This document shows, in pieces, positions 51,721 through 61,600 of a stretch of 64,000 bases of DNA (positions are counted from its first letter, which is position 1; every line of letters begins with the position of its first letter). Origin of the DNA: an uncultured bacterium. Its GTDB lineage: Bacteria > Zixibacteria > MSB-5A5 > CAIYYT01. Below the pieces are notes generated by a model. That model did not search any database, had not been told where the DNA came from, and saw only the letters and a program-made list of their open reading frames with translations. The position numbers were made by a program, and so were the translations under genes. Where the stretch lies: assembly GCA_963726455.1 (NCBI GenBank), contig CAVSCK010000004.1, forward strand, positions 384,001 to 448,000. The letters are read 5' to 3'.

Positions 51721-54105
51721 TCATTTGCAGCCTGCGCACGGTGCAGGCCCACCCGCAAAGATGTATGCGATGAGATACACGGCATCAGAGATATCTACTG
51801 CCAGATCGCAATTGGCGTCACCAGCTGCCTCTGGATTTGGAGCTGGACCTCCGCTAAAAATGTAAGCGATAAGGTAGACGACGTCGGAGATGTCGACGGC
51901 GGCATCGGCATTGGCGTCACCGCACACGTAGGAGGGTGGCAAAAATAGCTTGGTCACAAAGGCGTCTCCGCCACCCTGCATCGTCTGATAGGGATTCAAA
52001 GTCGGGAAGTTGGTGGATTGAGTGAAGCCCGCCACATAGGCATTACTACTGCCATCGACTGCGATGCCATATCCTCCATCGTCGCCCGTTCCGCCCAGAT
52101 AAGTACTGTAAATCAGGTTGTTGCCTGTTGCAGCGAACTTGGCTACAAAGACATCCCCGCCATAGTATCCTCCCAGATTCGTTGACTGATAGGGGATCAG
52201 AGTCGGGAAGTCGACAGACTGAGTAGAGCCGGTCACATAGGCATTGCCTTCACCATCGATAGCTATGCCAAATCCATAATCTTCTCCTCCCCCGCCGAGG
52301 TACGTGCTATAGATCAGGCCGTTGCCAGAACTGGAAAGCTTGGCCACGAAAGCATCACCGTAATAGCCGCCTCCGTGTATGCTCTGAAAAGGATTTGAGG
52401 TTGGGAAGTTTACCGACATTGTATAGCCCGTTATGTAGGCACTGCCGGCACCATCGACGACAATGTGTCCCTTGCCTGTTAGATTGTCATCACTGCTTCC
52501 TCCCAGGTAGGTACTGTAGGCCAGACTATTGCCGGCGCTAGAGAGCTTGGTTACAAATGCATCCGAGCCTCCTAGAAGCGTCGCTTGAAAAGGATTCAAA
52601 GTCGGGAAGTTGGATGATTGGGTATAGCCCGTCACATAGGCATTACCGTTGTGATCAACTGCAACGGAGTGTCCTGCGTCAAAAGATCCTCCTCCGAGGT
52701 ACGTGCTATAGATCAAACTGTTACCTGAACTAGAGAGTTTGGTCACAAACACATCCCAAACGTCAGTTGGACCCTGATAAAGCTGGTAGGGATTTTGAGT
52801 CGGGAAGTTGGAGGATGCGGTACTGCCCGTTACATAGGCATAGCCGCTCCCATCAATCGCGATGCCGTTTCCATAATCGCGTTTTTCTCCACCGAGATAG
52901 GTGCTGTAGATCAAGCTGTTGCCGGAATTGGAGAGCTTGGTTACAAAGACATTTTCATAGTAATAGTCGCCTGTCATTGGCTGAGTCTGATAGGGATTCT
53001 GAATTGGAAAGTCGGGAGAGATGGTCGAGCCCGTCACATAGGCATTGCCGCTGCCATCGACTGCGATGGCTAATCCCCAGTCGAAGTTGTTCCCGCCGAG
53101 ATAGGTGCTGTAGATCAGGCTGTTGCCGGAACTGGAGAGCTTGGTCACAAAGACATCAAAAGAACCATTGTTGCTGGCGTCATACGGATTTTGAGTCGGG
53201 AAGTTGGAGCTAGAAGTATAGCCGATTACATAGGGATTGCCGCCCGCGTCGATCGCGATATCGCTTGCATGATCGTCCCAAGGGCTACCACCGAGGTAAG
53301 TGCTGTAAGCCAATTGCACGGCGAGCGCACCCTGCACTTGCCGGCCAGAACCAACCGATCTGAGTCCAATCGTCCTATCTGACAACTGCGAGAAACCGGC
53401 AATGCCGGACAAGACACCGCCCGATGGAGACTTGATCGCTGCAGCCATGTCGCCCCATTTGGTGGTCACGACTGCATTGCCGTAAGCATCAATGGAGGTC
53501 TTAGCGGCACCTTTGAATTCAAGTTTGACCTGCGCCAGGTCCGCTCCGGGAGCGACTATGAACTCGTACGCCACCTCGCCGCTGCCATTACCGGCGTACT
53601 TTAGGTCGATGCCCGGGTAAAGGTTCTTAAGCATGATTGACTCATAGTTGGGCACGTCCGTTTGCCATCTTGATGGATCATTGCCAATGAAGTAGTTGCA
53701 TTTGTATCCCATCAACCCTTCGGCGACAATCTGGGGATTGTCCTTTGCACCGACGAATTTGGTCGTAATCACAACCTGTTCTACCGAGTCTCTTTCGGGC
53801 AAGAAACGAGGAAGCGGATCGATTGCTCCTGAGGAAGACGAATGTCCTGCCGTCACGTCCTTTTCAACATGTCGGGTGAATTGGTAGGTCACCCCTTCTT
53901 TAGTGAACCACATCGTCGCCCCGCCGGAACTGACGCGAAACAAGACATGGTCATCCCACTGGCCTTGATTCTGAGTAAATGCCAGTGGCAACTGAGAAAC
54001 TTTCTGAGCTATCATCGTCTGCCCCGTAGTTGTATGCGCTGCGTTTAGAATGCTCGGCGCAAGCACCAAAGCTGCAACAAGGACCAGGACGTTTGTTCTA
54101 AACAT
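51721..54105 (-). CDS. SBBP seven-bladed beta-propeller surface protein with dockerin
   Basis: ATG at 54105 with CAGGAG SD and signal peptide; seven YSTYLGG...IA.DG.GNAYVTG.T.S..FPT repeats; CGDANAD...PCAGCK. Confidence 0.9.
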   Translation of the reverse strand: MFRTNVLVLVAALVLAPSILNAAHTTTGQTMIAQKVSQLPLAFTQNQGQWDDHVLFRVSSGGATMWFTKEGVTYQFTRHVEKDVTAGHSSSSGAIDPLPRFLPERDSVEQVVITTKFVGAKDNPQIVAEGLMGYKCNYFIGNDPSRWQTDVPNYESIMLKNLYPGIDLKYAGNGSGEVAYEFIVAPGADLAQVKLEFKGAAKTSIDAYGNAVVTTKWGDMAAAIKSPSGGVLSGIAGFSQLSDRTIGLRSVGSGRQVQGALAVQLAYSTYLGGSPWDDHASDIAIDAGGNPYVIGYTSSSNFPTQNPYDASNNGSFDVFVTKLSSSGNSLIYSTYLGGNNFDWGLAIAVDGSGNAYVTGSTISPDFPIQNPYQTQPMTGDYYYENVFVTKLSNSGNSLIYSTYLGGEKRDYGNGIAIDGSGYAYVTGSTASSNFPTQNPYQLYQGPTDVWDVFVTKLSSSGNSLIYSTYLGGGSFDAGHSVAVDHNGNAYVTGYTQSSNFPTLNPFQATLLGGSDAFVTKLSSAGNSLAYSTYLGGSSDDNLTGKGHIVVDGAGSAYITGYTMSVNFPTSNPFQSIHGGGYYGDAFVAKLSSSGNGLIYSTYLGGGGEDYGFGIAIDGEGNAYVTGSTQSVDFPTLIPYQSTNLGGYYGGDVFVAKFAATGNNLIYSTYLGGTGDDGGYGIAVDGSSNAYVAGFTQSTNFPTLNPYQTMQGGGDAFVTKLFLPPSYVCGDANADAAVDISDVVYLIAYIFSGGPAPNPEAAGDANCDLAVDISDAVYLIAYIFAGGPAPCAGCK

Positions 54106-54223
54106 GTTGTTCTCCTGCTGAATATGGATGGGACGTTCTGTTGTGTTCTGAAATAGAGGGGATGACAAATCGTATTGAATCTGCTCGACATATTGAAGTG
54201 GAGGAGTTCGCTCTTCCGCAGTA

Positions 54224-54253
54224 AACGGCGATGGATAGGTGTCCATCGCCGTT
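54224..54253 (-). promoter_or_regulatory. 12-bp perfect hairpin in the leader of the surface-protein cluster
   Basis: AACGGCGATGGA-TAGGTG-TCCATCGCCGTT. Confidence 0.5.
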
Positions 54254-54582
54254 GTGGGCACGGATTGCAACGTTGTATGGAAAAGGAAAGGAGCTTCCGA
54301 AAGTGTATGTCAATTCTGATGTTCCACCGGCATCGAGGCCTGCAGCGCAGACAACAGATGGATAAAGCGAATCCCGATCGCGGGCGCGGTTTTCAGATGG
54401 CCATTCCGACGCCTCCAGCGGTAATGTCGGGAAATACAGAATGGCGACATTGCATACGGCAAGTATGTTGGTCGTCAAGATTCGTCCCCCTTCAGCGCGT
54501 CTGATAGTCAAATGGAATCAGGGCAGCCCTTGTTGAAGCTCTAAGGACTGCTGGCTTCCATATCTCATGGATAATATGTGTA

Positions 54583-54611
54583 TATATAATCAACCTAGTC
54601 CGGTTTGTCAA
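54583..54611 (-). promoter_or_regulatory. sigma70-type promoter for the minus-strand cluster
   Basis: TTGACA-17 nt-TATATA on the minus strand. Confidence 0.6.
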
Positions 54612-55130
54612 GCGGAAACTGTGAACTGGAATATCTGTAGCGGATGGTGCGCGGCCGTTTCGGCAACAGCAGGAAGGAGAAGCAGGGTGTTGTCTCCTTC
54701 CTGCGGCGCCTATTCGAGCAAAGCCCTCCTTATGCTCAAAATGCAGTTGCAGATTACAATGGCGTCCTAAGCTGGGCGCAGCTTCTGTTTCGCTTTCTTT
54801 CGTGATGTTTGGAGCGCATAACAAGTTCATGTTGAGTCTATAGTCCTATTAGGAGCTCATCCCATTTCAACCGGCGTCGTATCGCCAGACAATTGGCCAC
54901 GGGCGCGAATCCGACTGTTGCCACGATGAATGCTCGTGGACCTCGATCGAGGAGTTGGCACTTGCCGCCTCGAATTTCCCGTTCACGTCGTGTCGCCAAA
55001 ACAGTTGCTCCAAATACAGACAGAGCATCGAAAAGTTGTCGAAGAAGGTCCGGTTATTTTGCGAGGGGCAGATTTTGTTCGCGGTCTACGGAGATCCGGC
55101 ACGGCAGAAGGCACTTGTTGCTCTTTACCC

Positions 55131-55159
55131 TTGACAATTTATGAGGTAGGGGATTTATT
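55131..55159 (+). promoter_or_regulatory. sigma70-type promoter for the TPR-CHAT cluster
   Basis: TTGACA-17 nt-TTTATT. Confidence 0.5.
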
Positions 55160-55283
55160 GGTCTATGAAGTTAGGTTTTAGACACATGACTAATTGAGCG
55201 ACGCTAATTGCGTCGTGAGAAAGTCGTACCAAGTAACATGATTCAAAGTTTGAATCGGTAGTTGGGAGATAAAAGGAGGAAGC

Positions 55284-58200
55284 ATGAGATTGCCAAGGTT
55301 GTCTGCACTCGTTACTGCATTAGTGATACTAGTCGTTTATGTGCCGGCATCGGCTGAATCCTGGCAGGATCTATTGAGTCGTGCCGACTCGCTCTCCAAG
55401 GCTCAGAGTCAGGATTCGGCGATAGTCATAGGTAGGCTCGCCCTTGAGAAGACGCAGAGTCAATTCGGTGGCAACGACACGGCGACGGCGCGAGTGCTTT
55501 ACCGGCTCGGTACATACAACTACACGAAGAGATCCTTTGGGCAGGCCGATTCACTCTACCACCAAGCTCTAACAATAAGAGAGGAAATTCTCGGCAAGGA
55601 TCATCCCGACGTGGCTACAGCCGTGAGCGGTCTTGGTATCCTCTATATGACGCAAGGCCGCTACGCTGACGCCGGACCCCTTCTCAAGCGAGCTTTGGAC
55701 ATCAGGGAAAAAGCTCTCGGAGAGGACAATGCGGACGTGGGGCAGAGTCTTAACGACCTTGCCGTCCTATCCTGGTATCAGGGGAAGCTCGGCGATGCCG
55801 AGTTGCTTTTCCGGCGGGCTCTGGCAATCAGGGAGAAGGCACTGGGGCCGGAGCATCCGGATATCGGATCAACCCTCAACAACATTGGAATTCTCTGCTT
55901 TAACCAGGGTAGATATGCCGAGGCCGAGCCGCTCTTCAAGAGATCACGAGCGATTTGGGAAAAGGCGTTGGGACCGGAACACCCAAACGTAGCTCAGAGT
56001 TTCAACAACCTTGCCAGTCTCTATGGGGCGCAAGGCAAGTATGCCGAAGCGGAACCGCTCTTGCAGCGCTCGCTTGCAATCAGAGAAAAGACTTTGGGTC
56101 AGGGAAACCCTAAGGTAGCCGAGACCCTTAATAACCTCGGTTTGTTATGCTATTATGAAGGTGAATACGCTACGGCGGAAAAACATTTCCGTCGTGCGCT
56201 GGCGATCAACGAAAAAGCGCAGGGACCTGAACACCCTGACGTTGCTTACAGTCTCGCTAACCTTTCCATGCTTCAATGGTCACAGGGGAGATACGACGAG
56301 GCCACACTTGTCTCACAGCGAGCACTGGCAATCTGGGAAAAAGCCGTCGGACCTGATGACCCGCGCGTGGCAAATTGCCTCAATATGCTTGGCGTCCTTT
56401 TGGGCGAGCAACGCAAGTATCCGGAGGCCGAATCCTTAATGCAACGGGCTCTAGCCATAGAGGAGAAGACTCTGGGTCCGGAACACTATGAAGTTGGCAC
56501 AGGTCTTTATAACATCGCGAGTCTTCTGGCAAAGCAAGGCAAGTATGCCGAAGCCGAACCTCTTTATCAGCGATCGCTGAAAATAAGGGAGAAAGCTCTG
56601 GGACCGGGGCACCCCAATGTCGCCTACTGCCTTACAGAGATTGCGACTCTGGATTATTACCAGGGCAAGTACTCCGAAGCCGAGCCACTTTACCAACGGT
56701 CTCTGGCCATTTTGGAAAAGGCTCAGGGGCCGGCACACCCGGACGTGGCGGCGACTCTGGAATCTTTGTCTAAGCTCCATCGTGTCGAGGGGAAGATAGC
56801 GCTTTCATTCCAGGAGAGCGCAACGGCGCTGAAAACTCGCCTGAAGCATTTTCAGGACAACGCCTATGTCCTCACCGAAAAGGACGCCTTGAAGTACTCG
56901 AGAAGTATGCGCACTTCTGCGGATAACTTCCTTTCCACTTATCACGATTTCGTTAAGGCCGGACATTCTGAAGCAGCGCAAGCGGCTGAAATAGCAGTGA
57001 TGACAAAGGGGCAGGTATCGGACATGATATTTGAACGGCGAAAAGCACTGGTGACCGAGACAGACTCCACTACACTTGCTCTCGCTGATTCAGTCCGTAC
57101 AAATCAATTCCTACTTTCCAAGCTGTATGTTTCCGGGCCCGATGAGTATGACACAAGCGGGACTTACCGTCACAAACTCGACTCGCTTTCTGTCTTGAAT
57201 AAGCGCCTTGAATCCGATCTTGCTCGGGAGAGCAGCAGTTTCCAAAAATTCAAGTCAAACCGGGAGGTTACAGCCGCGGAATTGCTTTCGCTCTTGCCGG
57301 AGAAGTCGATGTTGGTTGAATACGTCAAATACAATTATCTCCAATTGAAGCCCGATAGTTCTACACCGCGTTATCTTGCGGTCGTTTTTGCGCCCAAAAG
57401 AGAGCCGGTCATTACCGATCTTGGGCAAGCGGCAGAGATTGAATCTTTGGTTCGCCGTTATCGCGAGCACATGCTGCTCGTATCAAGAGCCAATCGATTG
57501 CCCACGGTAGTCGATCTTGAAGACTATCGCCAAGTCAGTACGCAGCTCTACGACAAGATCTGGCGACCGATCGAGAATCAGACGCGCAGTAATCAAGAGG
57601 TATTTATTTCTCCGGATGACGCTCTGACTATGGTCTCATTTGCCGGACTACCTGATCCCTCTGGCAAGTATCTCACTGAGAGATTCACGATTCACTATCT
57701 GTCCGCCGGACGCGACCTCATTCGGCTCCAGGAAATGCCTGAAGCTTCTCGAGGTCTACTGGCGATGGCAGATCCTGACTTTGACGCACTTCCGGCGTCT
57801 CGCGTCTCCAGTTCGTTTGCACTGCAATCCGGCGACACGGCGGCAACGTCCTATGCCATGCGAAGCATTCGTTCCAGTTGCGGTACGCTAAGCGAATCTA
57901 CAGCAGACCCGCTACCGGGAACTCGTTCGGAAGTGCAGCGAATTGTCTCCCAGTGGGAAAAATCGAGCGAGGAACCGGTTGCCGTTTACTATGGCGCTCA
58001 AGCAAGCGAGGACAACTTCAAGTCGGGGGCTCCCGGCAGGCGAGTGATTCACCTGGCGACGCATGGGTATTTTCTTGAAGGCGCCTGTCAACCGGAAGTC
58101 TCGGGCGGGCGACTCGACGAGGAATCCGGCTTTGTCGGGGAGAATCCCCTTCTTATGTCGGGGTTGCTTTTTGCCGGTGCGAATCTTCACGGCGAAGGAG

Positions 58201-58574
58201 CAGACAGTGCTCGGATAGACGACGGAATACTCACGGCGTTCGAGGTTTCGGGCATGAATCTTCAAGCTACGCAACTGGTCGTGCTTTCGGCCTGCGAGAC
58301 CGGTCTGGGAGAAGTGAAGGCCGGTGAAGGTGTGTACGGACTGCGCCGTGCATTCCAGATGGCAGGAGCGCGCACGGTAATTAGCTCGCTATGGCCGGTG
58401 CCCGATCAGGCGACAGCCGACGTGATGAGTCAACTCTACGGGCTTTCGAACAAGCCGATTCCAGAGCGCCTCCGCGATTTGCAGTTGGCGCAGATCAAGA
58501 AACTACGGGCCGCGGGCTCTCCTGATCACCCGTTTTCCTGGGGCGCATTTATCGCCCTTGGAGATTGGCGCTAA
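55284..58574 (+). CDS. Secreted TPR-CHAT (caspase/HetF-family) cysteine protease 1
   Basis: AAGGAGG SD; signal peptide ASA|ES; ~11 42-aa TPRs (LGPEHPDVA..LNNL); IHLATHG (His, 58062) and VLSACETG (Cys, 58293); HPFSWGAF. Confidence 0.93.
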   Translation: MRLPRLSALVTALVILVVYVPASAESWQDLLSRADSLSKAQSQDSAIVIGRLALEKTQSQFGGNDTATARVLYRLGTYNYTKRSFGQADSLYHQALTIREEILGKDHPDVATAVSGLGILYMTQGRYADAGPLLKRALDIREKALGEDNADVGQSLNDLAVLSWYQGKLGDAELLFRRALAIREKALGPEHPDIGSTLNNIGILCFNQGRYAEAEPLFKRSRAIWEKALGPEHPNVAQSFNNLASLYGAQGKYAEAEPLLQRSLAIREKTLGQGNPKVAETLNNLGLLCYYEGEYATAEKHFRRALAINEKAQGPEHPDVAYSLANLSMLQWSQGRYDEATLVSQRALAIWEKAVGPDDPRVANCLNMLGVLLGEQRKYPEAESLMQRALAIEEKTLGPEHYEVGTGLYNIASLLAKQGKYAEAEPLYQRSLKIREKALGPGHPNVAYCLTEIATLDYYQGKYSEAEPLYQRSLAILEKAQGPAHPDVAATLESLSKLHRVEGKIALSFQESATALKTRLKHFQDNAYVLTEKDALKYSRSMRTSADNFLSTYHDFVKAGHSEAAQAAEIAVMTKGQVSDMIFERRKALVTETDSTTLALADSVRTNQFLLSKLYVSGPDEYDTSGTYRHKLDSLSVLNKRLESDLARESSSFQKFKSNREVTAAELLSLLPEKSMLVEYVKYNYLQLKPDSSTPRYLAVVFAPKREPVITDLGQAAEIESLVRRYREHMLLVSRANRLPTVVDLEDYRQVSTQLYDKIWRPIENQTRSNQEVFISPDDALTMVSFAGLPDPSGKYLTERFTIHYLSAGRDLIRLQEMPEASRGLLAMADPDFDALPASRVSSSFALQSGDTAATSYAMRSIRSSCGTLSESTADPLPGTRSEVQRIVSQWEKSSEEPVAVYYGAQASEDNFKSGAPGRRVIHLATHGYFLEGACQPEVSGGRLDEESGFVGENPLLMSGLLFAGANLHGEGADSARIDDGILTAFEVSGMNLQATQLVVLSACETGLGEVKAGEGVYGLRRAFQMAGARTVISSLWPVPDQATADVMSQLYGLSNKPIPERLRDLQLAQIKKLRAAGSPDHPFSWGAFIALGDWR

Positions 58575-58577
58575 CTA
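58353..58577 (+). repeat. 225-bp direct repeat, copy 1 (3' end of CHAT gene 1)
   Basis: Matches 61491-61715 with 6 mismatches, all synonymous third positions. Confidence 0.9.
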
Positions 58578-58667
58578 TTCGACATCTCTTATGTATTTAG
58601 AAGAGGATATTGGAGACTTCGCAGGCCAAGCTATGAATAGAAGTAGTTTAAATGAAAAGGAGGGAGC

Positions 58668-61600
58668 TTGAAATTGACAAGGCGGCTAGCGATTCTACTT
58701 GGAATCATGATACTGGGTCTGCAGATGCCCGTCTCGGCAGAAACATGGAAGGATCTCTTGGATCGTGCCGATTCTCTGGCGAGTGCTAGAAATCAGGATT
58801 CGGCGATTGTTATCGGTAGACTTGCCCTCGAAGAGACGAAAGCTGAATTCGGAGGCAACGATACAGCGACCGCCAGAGTGTTCAACCGGCTCGCAGTCTG
58901 CTATTTCTACAAGGGAGCTTATGACCAAGCCGATACCCTATATCACGGGGCCCTGGCAATTTGGGAGAGAGTACTAGGTCCGGATCATCCAAGTGTAGCG
59001 AACGGTCTGAGCAATATTTCACTGGTCTATTATTGCCAGGCGCGCTATTCCGAGGCCGAGCAATGCGACATGAGGGCGCTGGCGATTCGAGAGAAAGCTT
59101 TTGGTCCTGATCATCCGGACGTGGCGACAAGCTTGACTGCCCTTGCCAGCCTCTATGTTGAGCAAGCACGTTATGCAGACGCGGAGTTGTATTACAAGAG
59201 AGCCTTGGCAATTCGGGAAAAAGCTTTCGGTCCGGAAAATAAGGATGTGGCGGCAAGCTTGAATAATCTCGCCACAGCTTATTTTCGAGAGACACGGTTT
59301 GCCGAAGCTGAGCCGTTGTTCAGGAGAAGTCTGGCGATTTGCGAGAAGATTCTGAGTCCTGATCATCCGTATATACCGAAGTTGTTGAGCAACCTCGCCG
59401 GTATTTATAATGAATTGAGGCGGTATGCCGAAGCTGAGCAGGCGTTCAAGAAGGTGTTGGCGATTCAGGAAAGAGCCGTTGGTCCGGATCATCCGGATGT
59501 GGCAACTAGTTTGTTTAACCTCGCTAATGTGTATACCCGGCAGGAACGTGACGCCGACGCCATACCACTGTACAAACGAGCGCTGGAGATTCGGGAAAAG
59601 GCTCTCGGTCCGGATCACCCAGATGTGGCGACAACCTTAAGCTGTCTGGCTATGGCTGATTATTACCTGGCACGCTATTCTGACGCAGAGCCGTTACTCA
59701 AAAGGGCGCTGCAGATTCGGGAAAACACTCTCGGGCCGAATCATCCCGACGTGGCTTTGAGTCTGAATGATCTCGCCATGCTTTACACTTACCAAGGGCG
59801 TTACGCAGACGCTGAGTCACTGTATCAGAGAGCGCTGGGGATTGAGGAAAAGGCCTCTGGTCCGGATAATCGAGATGTGGCATACTTTCGTGAATCCTAC
59901 TCCACCCATTATCGCGTCACGGGACAATTGGGACCGGGAATTGCGGAGGCGGCGAAAGCATTCAATATTCGCCTGAAGAACTTCCGTGACAACGCGTATA
60001 TTCTTTCCGAAATGGATGCTCTGCCATACTCCACGGAAATAAGGAATGATTGCGGCAGCTACCTTTCGTGCCTCTTGGATAATGGAATGTCAGCACCGGA
60101 GTATCTTGGACAGGCAGGAAATATCGTTCTCGAGTCCAAGGGAATAGTCTCTGAAGGCATTATGCAGCGACAACAGGCCCTGGTGACAGAAAAGGATTCA
60201 ACCACTCTGGCGTTGGCAGAGTCATTGCGAAGCGCTCGGCTGCAAATCTCTCAACTGTACAGTGAGGGCCCTGGGGACGATACCACCGGCTTATACAGAA
60301 GTGAAGTTGATTCCCTGGCTCGAATTGCCAACGACCTTGAAGCAGAGCTATCTCGTCATAGTGCCAGTTTCCAGCGCCGTCAGGATGTGAACAACATATC
60401 GGTTGCTCGTATCGATTCCGTTCTTCCGTCTAGTACGTCACTCGTTGAGTATCTGACATGGGATTATCACCAGTTAAGGCCCGATTCCTTAATACCGCGC
60501 TATCTGGCATTGGTTATTGACAAGGGTAAGGGTCCGAAGATCATCAACCTGGGTGACGCCTCGGAGATTGAGCCACTGGTAGGTCGTTACTTGAAGCACA
60601 TGCAAGGGATTGCCTCAGGAGGCCGGCAGCCGAATGCCGCTGATATGTTGGAGTATCGGTCCCTCAGTCAGTCCATTTACGAAAAAGTCTGGAAGCCCTT
60701 GGAGAATCACCTCCGAAAGGGACAGAGAGTCTTTGTAGCACTTGACGGTTCCCTGAACTTAGTATCGATCGCTGGACTCATGGACGAGAAGGGAACCTAC
60801 GTGACGGAGAAGTATATTCTTCATCATCTTTCCTCCGGTCGTGACCTGATCCGGTTGAAGGATCAGGGCGTTGAAGGACATGGTCTACTCGCGATTGGGG
60901 ATCCGGACTTTGACGCGTCCATTGACGCTAGGATGAACAAGACGAGCGAACCTCTGCTGGCAGCGGCACTTACAAGCGATACGGAATATCAAACCCGCAA
61001 CGTGCGGTCAGGGTGCGGTTCATTGTCAGACTTGAAGGTTGAGAGTTTGCCGTTTACTCGCAATGAGGTTCAGGAGGTAGGTCTTCTATGGCAGGGCAAA
61101 GGGAAAGATTCGGTTCAACTCTTTGTGGGCGCCCAGGCAACAGAAGATGCTTTCAAGACGCAAGCTCCGGGTAAGCGGGTGATTCATCTGGCGACTCACG
61201 GCTATTATCTGACCGGTCAGTGTGCTTCTCCGCTAGAGGCAAGACGCGGCTTAGGTTCCGACCAGGAATTTGTGGGTGAGAATCCATTGCTGCAATCCGG
61301 GCTTTTACTGGCGGGTTCGAATCTGCACGGGGCTGGCTGCGATAGTGCTCACTGTGAGGATGGTATTTTGTCCGCCTCCGAGGTTGCGGGTATGGATTTG
61401 AGCGGAACTGACCTGGTAGTGCTTTCAGCCTGTGAGACGGGTTTGGGAGAGGTGAAGTCAGGGGAGGGAGTTTATGGTTTGAGACGAGCCTTCCAGATGG
61501 CAGGAGCGCGCACGGTAATCAGCTCGCTATGGCCGGTGCCTGATCAAGCAACGGCCGACGTGATGAGTCAACTCTACGGGCTTTCGAACAAGCCGATTCC

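Noticed and set aside
47460-53300. Periodic DNA as a CRISPR array
   Set aside because: The repeats are degenerate in-frame coding repeats (17-aa beta-roll, SBBP, TSP3) without an identical repeat/unique spacer structure
54106-54270. N-terminal extension of ORF 51721-54270
   Set aside because: The ATG at 54105 has an SD and is followed directly by a signal peptide; the extension overlaps an RNA hairpin
54098-55181. Short ORFs in the 54.1-55.2 kb intergenic region
   Set aside because: No recognisable motifs, mutually overlapping, and they cross promoter-like sequences
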